A DNA stretch of 64,000 nt. It comes from Dehalococcoidales bacterium. Its GTDB lineage: Bacteria; Chloroflexota; Dehalococcoidia; Dehalococcoidales; RBG-16-60-22. The number at the start of each line of letters is the position of its first letter. Position 1 is the first letter of the stretch. A program made the translations under genes and the position numbers. Where the stretch lies: the NCBI GenBank assembly GCA_041652735.1, contig JBAZGT010000003.1:49485-113484 (forward strand), in the 5' to 3' direction. Below, in pieces: positions 41,941-51,215 of this stretch. The notes beneath the pieces are model-generated. The model worked only from the letters and a program-made list of their open reading frames with translations. It was not told the origin of the DNA and ran no database searches.

Positions 41941-42350
41941 GTGAATCAAGTTCGATAGCTACGGTTAGCAGCATCCCTTGTTGTCCTGATTGGCCTTAGT
42001 TTCGGGTTAATGTGGCTGCTTCAGGAAGCTGTGGCACTTCTTCATCTGCCGCTGGACAAGTTTGCCTGGTTAGCTTATCTCAATGTTTTTATCTCTACAC
42101 TGATATGCAATCTCACTATATTTATTCCGGTTCCGGTAGCCACTCCAATCCTGATAGCGACAGCAACCCAGTGGAACCCCGTGATGGTGGCGTTGGCTGC
42201 CAGTATCGGTGGAACATTGGGAGAGCTTAGCGGCTAATATGCAGGTTACCTGGGCAAACGAATAGCAATAAATGAACGGGTGGCAGGATACAACAAGGTT
42301 ACAGAGTGGATGGTTCTGCTCATTCTTGGTTGTTCTCCTAAAGTAGCTTG
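41941..42350 (+). pseudogene. YqaA/DedA-type (VTT domain) membrane protein, disrupted
   Basis: An in-frame TAG at 41956 lies before the TM-like LAASLVVLIGLSFGLMWLL. An in-frame TAA at 42235 splits ...GGTLGELSG*YAGYLGKR. The remainder is truncated. Confidence 0.5.
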
Positions 42351-42523
42351 ATGTACCTCCTGCCAGTCCGCCTATCCTGAACAATGCCACCACCCACTGT
42401 ACCAGTGAATATTCCAGCACCAGCTCCAATAAGCAGAATAAAAGCTACTTCACCTAGAGTAAACATGTCATCAACTTTACTTCTGCTTTTCCGTAAGGTG
42501 TGTCATTTTTGTATTTCCGATGA

Positions 42524-44340
42524 TTAGTCTCGCCTGGACGGCCACCAATTCCATTTACCCAGTTTTGTAGCAATTGCCGGTAACAGGAAGACCTGCATGA
42601 TAGCGGTATCGATAAGGACGCCAATAGCTACAGAGATACCGAATTGCACCATGAAGAGGATAGGTGATGAGCTAAGCGCAGCAAAGGTTCCAGCCAGGAC
42701 AACGCCGCAGGCTAAAATCACCGCTCCGGTAGCAATCGCGGCTACACGGACACCATCGCGGGTGCCCCTCTTCTCAGATTCTTCTCTGATCCTTGACATC
42801 AAGAATATGTTATAGTCTGAACCCAGGGCGATCAGTAAAACAAAGGTTATTATTGGTATCAAGAAAAATATGCCTTCTTGTCCCAGCCAGACTTGAAATA
42901 TCAGAGTCATAAGTCCCATAGTAGCACCATAACTTAGCAGTACCGCCAGCAGCAGATACATGGGAGCTATCAAACTTCTTAGAATGAATACCAATATCAG
43001 GAAAGTGAAAATAATCACCAGGATTATGATCCGGTTAAAATCGGTATCTACCATATGTTTGATATCCGTATAGGTTGCCGAACTGCCGCCTGTGGCAATT
43101 TCACTGCCAGACAATATTGTGTCTTGGACGCTGGAAGATAGCGTGGTACGGACAGAGTCGATAGTCTGGATAGCTCTATCGGAAGCCGAAAACGAGTCTA
43201 GCACTACGTACAGCAAAGTGGACTGGCGACTTTCACTCACAAACATATTGACCAGACCCTGGAATGACGGAGAGGCACTCAGCAGGGTAGGCGACAAGAA
43301 GACCGGGTTATCCCGGGAGGCAAATTGGGAACTCAGAGCTTGCAGGTGAGTCTTTAACCCGGCCAGGCTACTTTGTAAAGCCGTGGCAGTAGCGGCACTG
43401 TCTGTTCCGGAAGCTTGCGCCAGGACCTGGGAAACCAGGTAAGCATCCTGTTTCTGGAAGGTAGAGGCCAAACCGGTCAAACTGGTAGTGAGATTCTGGA
43501 TTCCGGACTGCAATTGGGCGCCGGCTGCAACTTGTTGATCTTCCGGGAGTTGGGATATTTGCTCCAATAAGGTAAGTCCGTCGTTGCAAACCTCCAGGGC
43601 AGTCAGGTAATCACTATCCGATTGAATTGCCGGGTATTGTTGTCCTAGTTCATTCAAATAAGCGGCGATTAACTGAAGATATTGACCGGCCTGGGCAGGC
43701 GTAAAAGCGGTAGTTGAGGCGGCGGTAACCTGGCTCAATTGAGATACCAAATACTGCAACTGGTTGGTCACGCTGGCATCGGCTTTAATTTGGGCTACCG
43801 CAGTCTGCATATTATTGAGGCTAACCAGCGCCCCCTGGTAATCGGAATCCTCCTTTACCCATGTAAAATTCTCGTTCAATTCAGTAAGATATGCTGAAAT
43901 CTGCTGGAAACCGGCGGCGGTTTCCGGGCTGAAAAGGGCGGTTATATCTCCACCGGAACTATCCAGAGCGGCGCTCAGAGTAGTCAATTGCCCTGAGACA
44001 GTGAGTTCGTACATAGCACCGGTAGTTCCCTGCGGATTGATAATGCTTTTCACCTTGACAACACCGTCAATCCGGCTTAAATCACCACTAAGTTTAGAGA
44101 GAGCGGCCAGAGCCTGGGGTGAAGTCAGGTCGACCCCTTCCGGGGCTGCAATAATGATGTTGGCGGGCTCCATTTCACCGATATCATAGTGTTTTTCCAG
44201 AACGTTGTAGCCGGCGATCGAATCGTATCCTTTTCTATCACCGAGTTACCTTGGGTAATAAACGTCTCGATTCCAAGGAGCATACGGCAAGTAACTTCCC
44301 AGTGAGAGGAGAGATACAATTAAAGTCACAACCATAGCAA
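42524..44340 (-). pseudogene. MMPL/RND-family transporter, N-terminally truncated and frameshifted
   Basis: The C-terminal TM bundle carries GSDYNIFLMSRIREE. Upstream of 44173 the reading frame breaks (stop, then TM-like MVVTLIVSLLSLG in another frame), and the first half of the protein is absent. Confidence 0.6.
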
Positions 44341-44652
44341 TTGAGATAGTCCGCCGTTACAGAGTTAGAACAAACCTTCGGAGCTAATTCGGCATTTGAC
44401 GAGTGTCTCTCAATATAATAAATTTATGAATATTGGCCTGATTGCGAAACGAGCAACTGTTGTAGGCTGGGTATAAGCTGTTTCTTCTCTAAGAATAGTC
44501 CGGAATCCTTCCAACCCCGCTCTACCAAGCCAAACAATGAAGCCCTCGGAGAATATCCGGGGGCTTTTTCTTTTTTGCCAACCATTTGCTAACCAAAGAA
44601 ACAAGAGGTATTTATTATATCTTTACTTTATGGGCCTCAATTTATTAATAAC

Positions 44653-45348
44653 TTACTTTTCCTTAGCCTTTAACCCTAACTTCTTGATTTCTGCGAGAAC
44701 ACGTTTCCTAATCGTTCGTTTGTCTCTGAGTCTTATCTTAGGGGGATTAGGAGGGTATGGAAGTCCTCTCATTTCAGCTTCAAACATCGCGTCCTCGTGC
44801 TTATACGCTTCAACCTGACGCAGATGCTTATCCTTTAGCTGGACTACCCTAACCATCTCGTCTACATCCACCTCTTCCGGCTCTTGTGGCTTTGGTGCAT
44901 ATTGGCTAGAGAGTTGCCGTACTCTTTCCCTGGAAATGCCCAGAAGCCTCCCAACATTGGCATTGTTCATTCCCTGCATTCTGAGTCGTATAATGTCTTC
45001 CGGTGCCCACCTAGATAACATGATGTGAACTCGGCAATGTGGACACACGACCGCAACGTTCCCGTGCTGTTTATTGGATACGTCGCCGTCCAGATGGTGA
45101 AACTTTTGTGCTCTATATACAGTAGTAAGGCGATGTTGGAAATAGCCTAGATTCTCTGTATTCATGCACTCCAAGCAGACTTTTTCTGCTGCTCCTTTAT
45201 CCAAATCATCCAGTAATCTAGAGATTTGCCTGATTCGTTCCTCAAGCCGATTCCGTTCCTCCATCAATTCTAGTTTTTCATCTTGTGATAAAGACTTCAT
45301 GCAAAAAGTGTAGAGCTGTTTCACATATTTGTCAATAGGATTTGACAA
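44653..45348 (-). CDS. hypothetical DNA-binding protein (CxxC...CxxC zinc ribbon + sigma-70 region 4-like HTH)
   Basis: 231 aa with CLEC...CPHC and NVGRLLGISRERVRQL. Confidence 0.5.
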   Translation of the reverse strand: MSNPIDKYVKQLYTFCMKSLSQDEKLELMEERNRLEERIRQISRLLDDLDKGAAEKVCLECMNTENLGYFQHRLTTVYRAQKFHHLDGDVSNKQHGNVAVVCPHCRVHIMLSRWAPEDIIRLRMQGMNNANVGRLLGISRERVRQLSSQYAPKPQEPEEVDVDEMVRVVQLKDKHLRQVEAYKHEDAMFEAEMRGLPYPPNPPKIRLRDKRTIRKRVLAEIKKLGLKAKEK

Positions 45349-45471
45349 TTACCTAGCTAACTATTCTACATTTATTACGAACAATTTATCTCATTGCGTG
45401 AAAACTTGACAAGAATTACGCTCTGTGAGATGATCAATTTGTGGGTGAGTTTTACCCACAAATCGGACTAT

Positions 45472-45506
45472 AAAGGCGAGTGAGTTTGACTCCCCGCCTT
45501 TTTTTT
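45472..45506 (+). terminator. hairpin + T8 (intrinsic terminator-like), 1 of 3
   Basis: ggcgagtgag...ctccccgcc stem followed by tttttttt, with an A-run upstream (possibly bidirectional). Confidence 0.45.
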
Positions 45507-45560
45507 ATTCCTTGAAATATTAACTAGGTGGCAAAGTATGTAAATAGAAACATTTAATTT

Positions 45561-45604
45561 AAAGGGGTATATTTGCGTGTATTCGCGGATTTACCCCTTT
45601 TTTT
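45561..45604 (+). terminator. hairpin + T7 (intrinsic terminator-like), 2 of 3
   Basis: aggggta...tacccct stem with an inner gcg/cgc extension, then ttttttt. Confidence 0.45.
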
Positions 45605-45618
45605 GTCTCCAAAATTCA

Positions 45619-45655
45619 GGGCAGTTTACGAACGAAATTCGGGGCTGCCCTTTTT
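45619..45655 (+). terminator. hairpin + T5 (intrinsic terminator-like), 3 of 3
   Basis: gggcag...ctgccc stem, then ttttt. Lies 30 nt before the RBS of 45685. Confidence 0.4.
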
Positions 45656-45684
45656 ATTTACCCGAACTGTTTAGGAGGTAAGAT

Positions 45685-46002
45685 ATGAAAAGAATTAGGA
45701 AACGAAAAGGGTTCTGTAATTTGACTTATTGTATTTTATTCTACATTTTGGTTAGTATCATCTTGTATATATTTGTGAAAGAGTGCGGCCTCTGGGCAGC
45801 TTTAGCTGTGACGGCAGTAAGCTACCCGACGATGGTCCTTATTATTGCCACAATTTTACGCATGCGCGGTGACATTACAGAAAGAAGTTTTATCATCTTG
45901 ATTTTTGAAGGGTTTAAAATTACACATCTGATACAAAATATACGGAATGATTCAGTAAACATCAAGTCTAACAACCCCCCTAGATCCAAGAAATCATCCT
46001 AA
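45685..46002 (+). CDS. hypothetical small membrane protein
   Basis: 105 aa with 2-3 TM segments, RBS taggaggtaaga. AT-rich codon usage. Confidence 0.4.
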   Translation: MKRIRKRKGFCNLTYCILFYILVSIILYIFVKECGLWAALAVTAVSYPTMVLIIATILRMRGDITERSFIILIFEGFKITHLIQNIRNDSVNIKSNNPPRSKKSS

Positions 46003-46010
46003 TAACACTC

Positions 46011-46154
46011 CTAATGTTCCCTCCTTGTTAGCTCCTTACTACTAATCACTTCATCAAACCCCTTCGCCGCAGCTTCCAGTAATCTAGGCGCCACGTGGCT
46101 ATAAGTATCCAGGGGTATTTGTATTCTGGAATGTACCAACCCGTGTGGATTATC
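46011..46154 (-). pseudogene. tyrosine integrase C-terminal remnant (47 codons)
   Basis: The reverse strand reads DNPHGLVHSRIQIPLDTYSHVAPRLLEAAAKGFDEVISSKELTRREH*. This is the conserved (G)HS.I..T.D.YSHV catalytic-Tyr end of phage integrases, preceded by a stop. Confidence 0.65.
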
Positions 46155-46210
46155 TTACAACGGATTTTTTATGGAGGCAATAGAGGGGATTTTGAAATCT
46201 AGAAGTAAAT

Positions 46211-47992
46211 CTACTTCCTCACCCGCGCCGGCAGCTTCTGCTTGGTCTTTTTCTGGTAAACGCTGATTACCTCGTGGCGGCCGATTACTCCTAGCAGTTT
46301 CCGCGTTTCCCGGTCCACCACCGGTATGCGCGCCTCGGTGCTCTCTATGGCGTCCAGCAGCCGGAACATCATCTGCTCAGGGTAAGCCACGAACGGGTTT
46401 TTGACTACTATGTCCCCGGCGGTCAGTTGGCTTTCCATATAGCTCGTATCCAGGTAGTGTGCTATATCCGTCTCCGTCAATACGCCCACCAGATTCCCCT
46501 TCTCGTCGATAACCGGGAAGCCGTGGTGTCCCGTTTTCTGGAAGGTCTTGAACAGCTGTGACAGCTTCGTCGTCGCCGGCAGGGTAGGGTAATCTTTAGT
46601 CATCGCTTCCTTCACCGTCGTGGAGCGCAGCACGTCGCCCAGCTCTTCCTGGTCCAGGTCAACCCCCCGCCGCCGCAGCTTCAGGGTATAAATGCTCTCC
46701 CGCCGCAGCGCCCGGCTGACCACCGTGCTGATAACCACCGCCGTCATCAGCGGCAGGATAATGGCATAGTTGCCGGTCATCTCGAAGATTATCAGGATAG
46801 CGGAAAACGGCGCCCGCGCCGCGCCGGAGAAGACCGCCGCCATCCCCACGATGCCGTAAGCCCCGGCCGGCGCCGTGATGTTGGGGAAAAAGTGCCCGAA
46901 GAATATGCCCACCGCCGTGCCCAGCATCGCTCCCATGAAAAGGCTCGGCGCGAAAACGCCGCCGCTCCCGCCGCTCCCCAGGGTGATGGACGTCGCCAGT
47001 ATCTTGAAACCCAGGTAGGCGATTACCACCCACACCGTTATCTCGCCGGACAGGGCCTTGGTAATTCCCTCGTAGCCCACGCCCAGGACGTCCAGGCTGT
47101 ATAGGCCGATGGCGCCCACCGCCAGACCGCCGATGACCGGCCTGATATACTCCGGTATTTTTTTTAAGGCGTCGAAGCGGTCCTCGCTCCAGTAGAGCAG
47201 CCAGACGAAAAGCTGGGCGGTAAAAGCTGCCAGGATGCCCAGGACCACGTAAAACCCGAACTCCCACCCGCTGACGATGCCGAACTCCGGCAGGGGAAAA
47301 GCGCGGACGTTCCCCAGGAAGGCCTGTGCCAGGAAGTCCGCCACCACCGCGCTGATGACCACGTACCCGAAGCGCCGCGTCACCACCCGTCCCAGTATCA
47401 CTTCCAGCGCGAAGAGCACCCCGGCGATGGGCGCGTTAAAGGTAGCCGCGATGCCCCCGGCCGCCCCGCAGGCCACCATCACCTTCACCATTTCTTCCGG
47501 CAGCTTGAGCCATTGCCCGATGGTCGAGCCGAAGGTGGAGCCTATCTGTACGATGGGGCCTTCACGCCCCACCGACCCCCCGCTGCCGATGCAGATGGAG
47601 GAAGCCAGGATTTTTACCAGCGCCACCCGCGGCCTTATCCGCCCGCCCCGCAGGGCCACGGACTCCATTACCTCCGGGACGCCGTGCCCCTTGGCTTCAC
47701 GGGCGAAGAAATAGACCAGCAGCCCCACCAGCAGCCCGCCGATGGCCGGAATGACGATGATGTAGTAGTGCCCCATGAAGCTGAAGACATGACTGCCCCA
47801 GTCGAGGAAGACCGTCTGGAAGGATTTAATCAGCCACCTGAATGCCACCGCCCCCAGCCCGGACATCAACCCCACCAGTACCGCCAGTATCAGCCACGCC
47901 ACCATTTCCGAGGAGCGGAACCATAAGGCGATGGCGGCAAGTCTATCCGCGAGAGTTTTACGAAACATGATGAACAGTTTTAATGATAGCAC
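46211..47992 (-). CDS. ClC-family chloride channel/antiporter with C-terminal CBS pair
   Basis: GSGGSVGREGP, GGVFAPSLFMG, then two CBS-like repeats. The alternative start is ATG 47968. Confidence 0.9.
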   Translation of the reverse strand: MLSLKLFIMFRKTLADRLAAIALWFRSSEMVAWLILAVLVGLMSGLGAVAFRWLIKSFQTVFLDWGSHVFSFMGHYYIIVIPAIGGLLVGLLVYFFAREAKGHGVPEVMESVALRGGRIRPRVALVKILASSICIGSGGSVGREGPIVQIGSTFGSTIGQWLKLPEEMVKVMVACGAAGGIAATFNAPIAGVLFALEVILGRVVTRRFGYVVISAVVADFLAQAFLGNVRAFPLPEFGIVSGWEFGFYVVLGILAAFTAQLFVWLLYWSEDRFDALKKIPEYIRPVIGGLAVGAIGLYSLDVLGVGYEGITKALSGEITVWVVIAYLGFKILATSITLGSGGSGGVFAPSLFMGAMLGTAVGIFFGHFFPNITAPAGAYGIVGMAAVFSGAARAPFSAILIIFEMTGNYAIILPLMTAVVISTVVSRALRRESIYTLKLRRRGVDLDQEELGDVLRSTTVKEAMTKDYPTLPATTKLSQLFKTFQKTGHHGFPVIDEKGNLVGVLTETDIAHYLDTSYMESQLTAGDIVVKNPFVAYPEQMMFRLLDAIESTEARIPVVDRETRKLLGVIGRHEVISVYQKKTKQKLPARVRK

Positions 47993-48166
47993 CGGGCGGC
48001 CTTCCCTATCAAGAAAACAGGCCTGTTTACGATTAAATCTGGTAGAAAGCCATGCCGGGCCGTCCTGCCCGCTGCCCGTGCTGAAGGTGCGCTTGACATC
48101 CCGCGATGGCGGTAAGTATAATGAGGGCTATCCGAACAAACATTCTAATATGCGGGAGATGACAAT

Positions 48167-48601
48167 ATGATGAAAATCAACCTGGGTCTGCGCTTCCCCG
48201 GCACCTGTGAAGAAGCCTTTGAATTCTATCGGTCCGTGTTCGGCGGGGAGCTAATCAAGCTGCAAAGATACAAGGAAATGAGAGAGCACGGCTACGAGGT
48301 TGCCGCCGGGGATGAAAACAAGCTGGCCTTCGTGGGCCTGGCGCTGGGAGAAAACATGCTCCTGGGCGGGGATGATTATACGGAATCCTCCGGCCAGCAA
48401 TACATCCAGGGCAATAACTGCACCATAGAGGTCAGGGTGGACACCAAAGAGGAGGCGGATAGGGTATTTCACGCTCTATCCGCCGGCGGTGTGATAAAGA
48501 TGCCCCTGGGGGACGTTTACTGGGGGGAATACTGCGGCTATTTTACGGACAAGTTCGGGGTAAGCTGGGGCGTGACCTGTCACTGTTCCCAGGCGGCGTA
48601 A
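48167..48601 (+). CDS. VOC-superfamily protein (PhnB/3-demethylubiquinone methyltransferase-domain-like)
   Basis: 144 aa with LRFPGTCEEAFEFYRSVFGG...YWGEYCGYFTDKFGVSWGV, typical of PhnB-like glyoxalase-fold proteins. Confidence 0.7.
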   Translation: MMKINLGLRFPGTCEEAFEFYRSVFGGELIKLQRYKEMREHGYEVAAGDENKLAFVGLALGENMLLGGDDYTESSGQQYIQGNNCTIEVRVDTKEEADRVFHALSAGGVIKMPLGDVYWGEYCGYFTDKFGVSWGVTCHCSQAA

Positions 48602-48701
48602 TGCCCGGTAGCCGTAAAACGGGGGATTTCTCATCGGCAGGTGGTCCCCAGGCATGGTTTGAGCATCTATTGGCGCTGGGATAATAGCCTCAGGACTAAA
48701 T

Positions 48702-49718
48702 TTATTTTTGAGAAAGCACTATCAACACCGCCAGTATTATTAGCAGCAACAGCCATGATACCACGGCGATACGAGTGGCCTTTTTAGCCTTTTCTGCTTC
48801 CCACCATTTGGCCGGTCTGATTCCTTGAAAAATAAAAGTGCCTACCGCCGCCAGATTAAGCGCCACGATGTTGATGGCGAATAGGAGCAGAGCGCCCAAA
48901 GCCGGATGCCAGAGCAGTCTGCCTGATAACATGCCGAAAGTAACCAGCGGAGGCAATATTGCTACAGAGACCATAACCCCAACCAGAGCCGCTGATAGAC
49001 TCGTCGTGAAGGCAAGAGCGCCGGCGCTGCCTGAAGCTAAAGCTATCACAATGTCTTGTATATTCACTTGAGTTCTGGAAACAACTTCAGGTGTATTCGG
49101 ATTCACGTCGAGTACAAAGCCCAGCAGTAATGAAAACACCAGAACTACCGCCAGCGCAACCCCGCTGGCTTTCAAGGCGCGGCGGGCTAAATCGGCGTCT
49201 CCCAGCGTGGTGGCCAGCGCCAGGGCTATGTTGGGACCCAGCATCGGGGCGATTACCATCGCCCCGATGATTATCACAAGATTGTTTTGTTGCAGTCCCA
49301 GCGCCGCCACGATGGAGGAGAGTCCCAGTAAAACAATAAAATTCCTTGAAATTTCAGTAGCACTGGATATTCCGCTGTATAGTTCTTCCCGGCTTATCCG
49401 GGGCGCCGGTTTTTTTACAGGTTCCGGACCGGGTTCAGGCTGGACTGCATTATTTTCCTTTTCAGGAGGCTCGGGGCGGGGGATAGTTGCCGCCACGTTC
49501 AGGATATTTACTCTGAAACCTTTGACGTCGGCAAAGCTCTGGGTAAGTTCGTCGGTCAGCTTTTCTATCTCATTCTCCGGCATGAGAATCTGCATCTGCA
49601 ACCAGTCACCGTTCAGTTTCTGGTAGCGTTGGTCTAGATTCTGGTGTTGCTCCAAGATATTTTGCAGCTCATTGGACTTGTTTTCCGGATAATATATATG
49701 AACCAGACGCAGTTCCAT
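48702..49718 (-). CDS. DUF389 / TIGR00341-family membrane protein
   Basis: 338 aa. The N-terminus MELRLVHIYYP... is soluble, followed by a hydrophobic DUF389-like core (IIGAMVIAPMLGP). Confidence 0.7.
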   Translation of the reverse strand: MELRLVHIYYPENKSNELQNILEQHQNLDQRYQKLNGDWLQMQILMPENEIEKLTDELTQSFADVKGFRVNILNVAATIPRPEPPEKENNAVQPEPGPEPVKKPAPRISREELYSGISSATEISRNFIVLLGLSSIVAALGLQQNNLVIIIGAMVIAPMLGPNIALALATTLGDADLARRALKASGVALAVVLVFSLLLGFVLDVNPNTPEVVSRTQVNIQDIVIALASGSAGALAFTTSLSAALVGVMVSVAILPPLVTFGMLSGRLLWHPALGALLLFAINIVALNLAAVGTFIFQGIRPAKWWEAEKAKKATRIAVVSWLLLLIILAVLIVLSQK

Positions 49719-49806
49719 CTAAAACCAATCCGCCCGCCGTTTTTCCCGCCGGCAGGCTAATGTAAATATTGTTTTTCCCTTCCCCCTCACCCCTAATCTC
49801 TTCCCC

Positions 49807-50253
49807 CTAATCCTTATACTTCTTCCCCATCCCCGCCGTGAAATGGAACATCGGCTTGTCAATCCGCCGGATGTTTATCGGCCCGTGCTCCACCCCCGCC
49901 GGGATGAACGCTATAAAGCTCCGGCTGATGAAGTTCTGCCGCCCGTCTATCCAGAACTCGATTTCCCCGTTGAGGTTATAGGGGTCTGCGGGGTCGGTCC
50001 CCACCCAGGCTATCGTCTCGTCAAAGTCGTGCTTGTGCGCCCCGATGGTGCGGTCTTTCAAAGAGCCCGTTTTCTCCGGCCAGTCCCCCGGTAAAAACCA
50101 GGCCGTCTCCATGTAAAAAGCCCCCTTGAGCACCTCGCTGTCCAGGGAAAGCAGCCGCCGCGCCTCGTTATCCCTAAAAACCGGCGACCACGGCGCGTCG
50201 CCCGCCACGTCCCTCAGCTCCGTCACGAAGTATTTTTTATCTATTTTTGCCAC
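49807..50253 (-). CDS. cupin-like small protein, tandem paralogue 3 of 3
   Basis: 148 aa with AHKHDFDETIAWVGTDPADPYNLNGEIEFWIDG...IPAGVEHGP. Confidence 0.65.
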   Translation of the reverse strand: MAKIDKKYFVTELRDVAGDAPWSPVFRDNEARRLLSLDSEVLKGAFYMETAWFLPGDWPEKTGSLKDRTIGAHKHDFDETIAWVGTDPADPYNLNGEIEFWIDGRQNFISRSFIAFIPAGVEHGPINIRRIDKPMFHFTAGMGKKYKD

Positions 50254-50713
50254 TTTTTTTCTCCCTTCTGGTTTCGTGCCCGCCCGGGTCCGCCTCGGCT
50301 AAAGACCCCGCCCCCACCATGATGGTGAACTCCAGGTGCGGCCGGGTATATTTTTTCCAGGTCAGCGGCCCGTGTTTGACCCCTTTGGGCACGAATACCG
50401 CGGACGTTTTGTTGATCAGCAGCGGCTCCCCGTCCACCATGAACTCTATTTCCCCGCCCAGGTCCTCCTGGTTTTCCGGGTCCGTCCCTATGTGGACGAC
50501 AATCTCGTCGTAGCGGTGGGTGTGCTCGTGGATATGGGGATTGGGGTCCGGCATGCCGAACACCCAGCCCGTCTCGATGTAGATATTGCTGGCCGGCACC
50601 AGGTTATTGCTCATCAGCGTCATCGCCGGGCGGCGGCCCTTGACCTCGGTTTCCGGCGTCACCTCGTAAGCGGGCTGGCTCACGAAGTACTTTTTGGGGT
50701 TCTTCTTCGGCAT
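50237..50713 (-). CDS. cupin-like small protein, tandem paralogue 2 of 3
   Basis: 158 aa with EHTHRYDEIVVHIGTDPENQEDLGGEIEFMVDG...VPKGVKHGP. Overlaps the next gene by 17 nt. Confidence 0.65.
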   Translation of the reverse strand: MPKKNPKKYFVSQPAYEVTPETEVKGRRPAMTLMSNNLVPASNIYIETGWVFGMPDPNPHIHEHTHRYDEIVVHIGTDPENQEDLGGEIEFMVDGEPLLINKTSAVFVPKGVKHGPLTWKKYTRPHLEFTIMVGAGSLAEADPGGHETRREKKSGKNR

Positions 50714-50729
50714 CGATATCCTCCTGGCC

Positions 50730-51194
50730 TTATTTTTTAATTTTTACGTATGAAACGTCGTTGCCGGACTCGAACATGAAAATGGGGGTGTCTATCCGCT
50801 TGAGGACGACGGGACAGTGCTTGACGCCCCTGGGGATGAGAATCAGGCAGGACTTGGTCAGCGTGTAGGGCTCGTCGTCCATCCACAGCTCTATTTCCCC
50901 GCCCAGCTCCCGCGGGTGGTTGCGGTTCGACCCCGCGAAGCCGATGACCTCGTCGAAGTCGTGCGTGTGCGGCGTCTCGATGCTGACCGGCCCGTCCCCG
51001 GTCAGCTGCCACAGCCACTCGCACCCCGCGAAGGGCGACCCCTTCACTATCGAGTCCTGGATGCCCAGCAGCAGCGTCCGGTCCAGCGTTTTGCCCGCTT
51101 TGGCCTGCTCTTCCAGGCTCTTCACGTCGCGTTCGGGCGGCGGCGGCATCAGGTCTTCCGTCACGATGTTATTGGCGTATTTCTGTCTGGGCAT
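50730..51194 (-). CDS. cupin-like small protein, tandem paralogue 1 of 3
   Basis: 154 aa with PHTHDFDEVIGFAGSNRNHPRELGGEIELWMDD...IPRGVKHCP. Confidence 0.65.
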   Translation of the reverse strand: MPRQKYANNIVTEDLMPPPPERDVKSLEEQAKAGKTLDRTLLLGIQDSIVKGSPFAGCEWLWQLTGDGPVSIETPHTHDFDEVIGFAGSNRNHPRELGGEIELWMDDEPYTLTKSCLILIPRGVKHCPVVLKRIDTPIFMFESGNDVSYVKIKK

Positions 51195-51215
51195 GTCCCT
51201 GTCTCCTTTGTTCGA

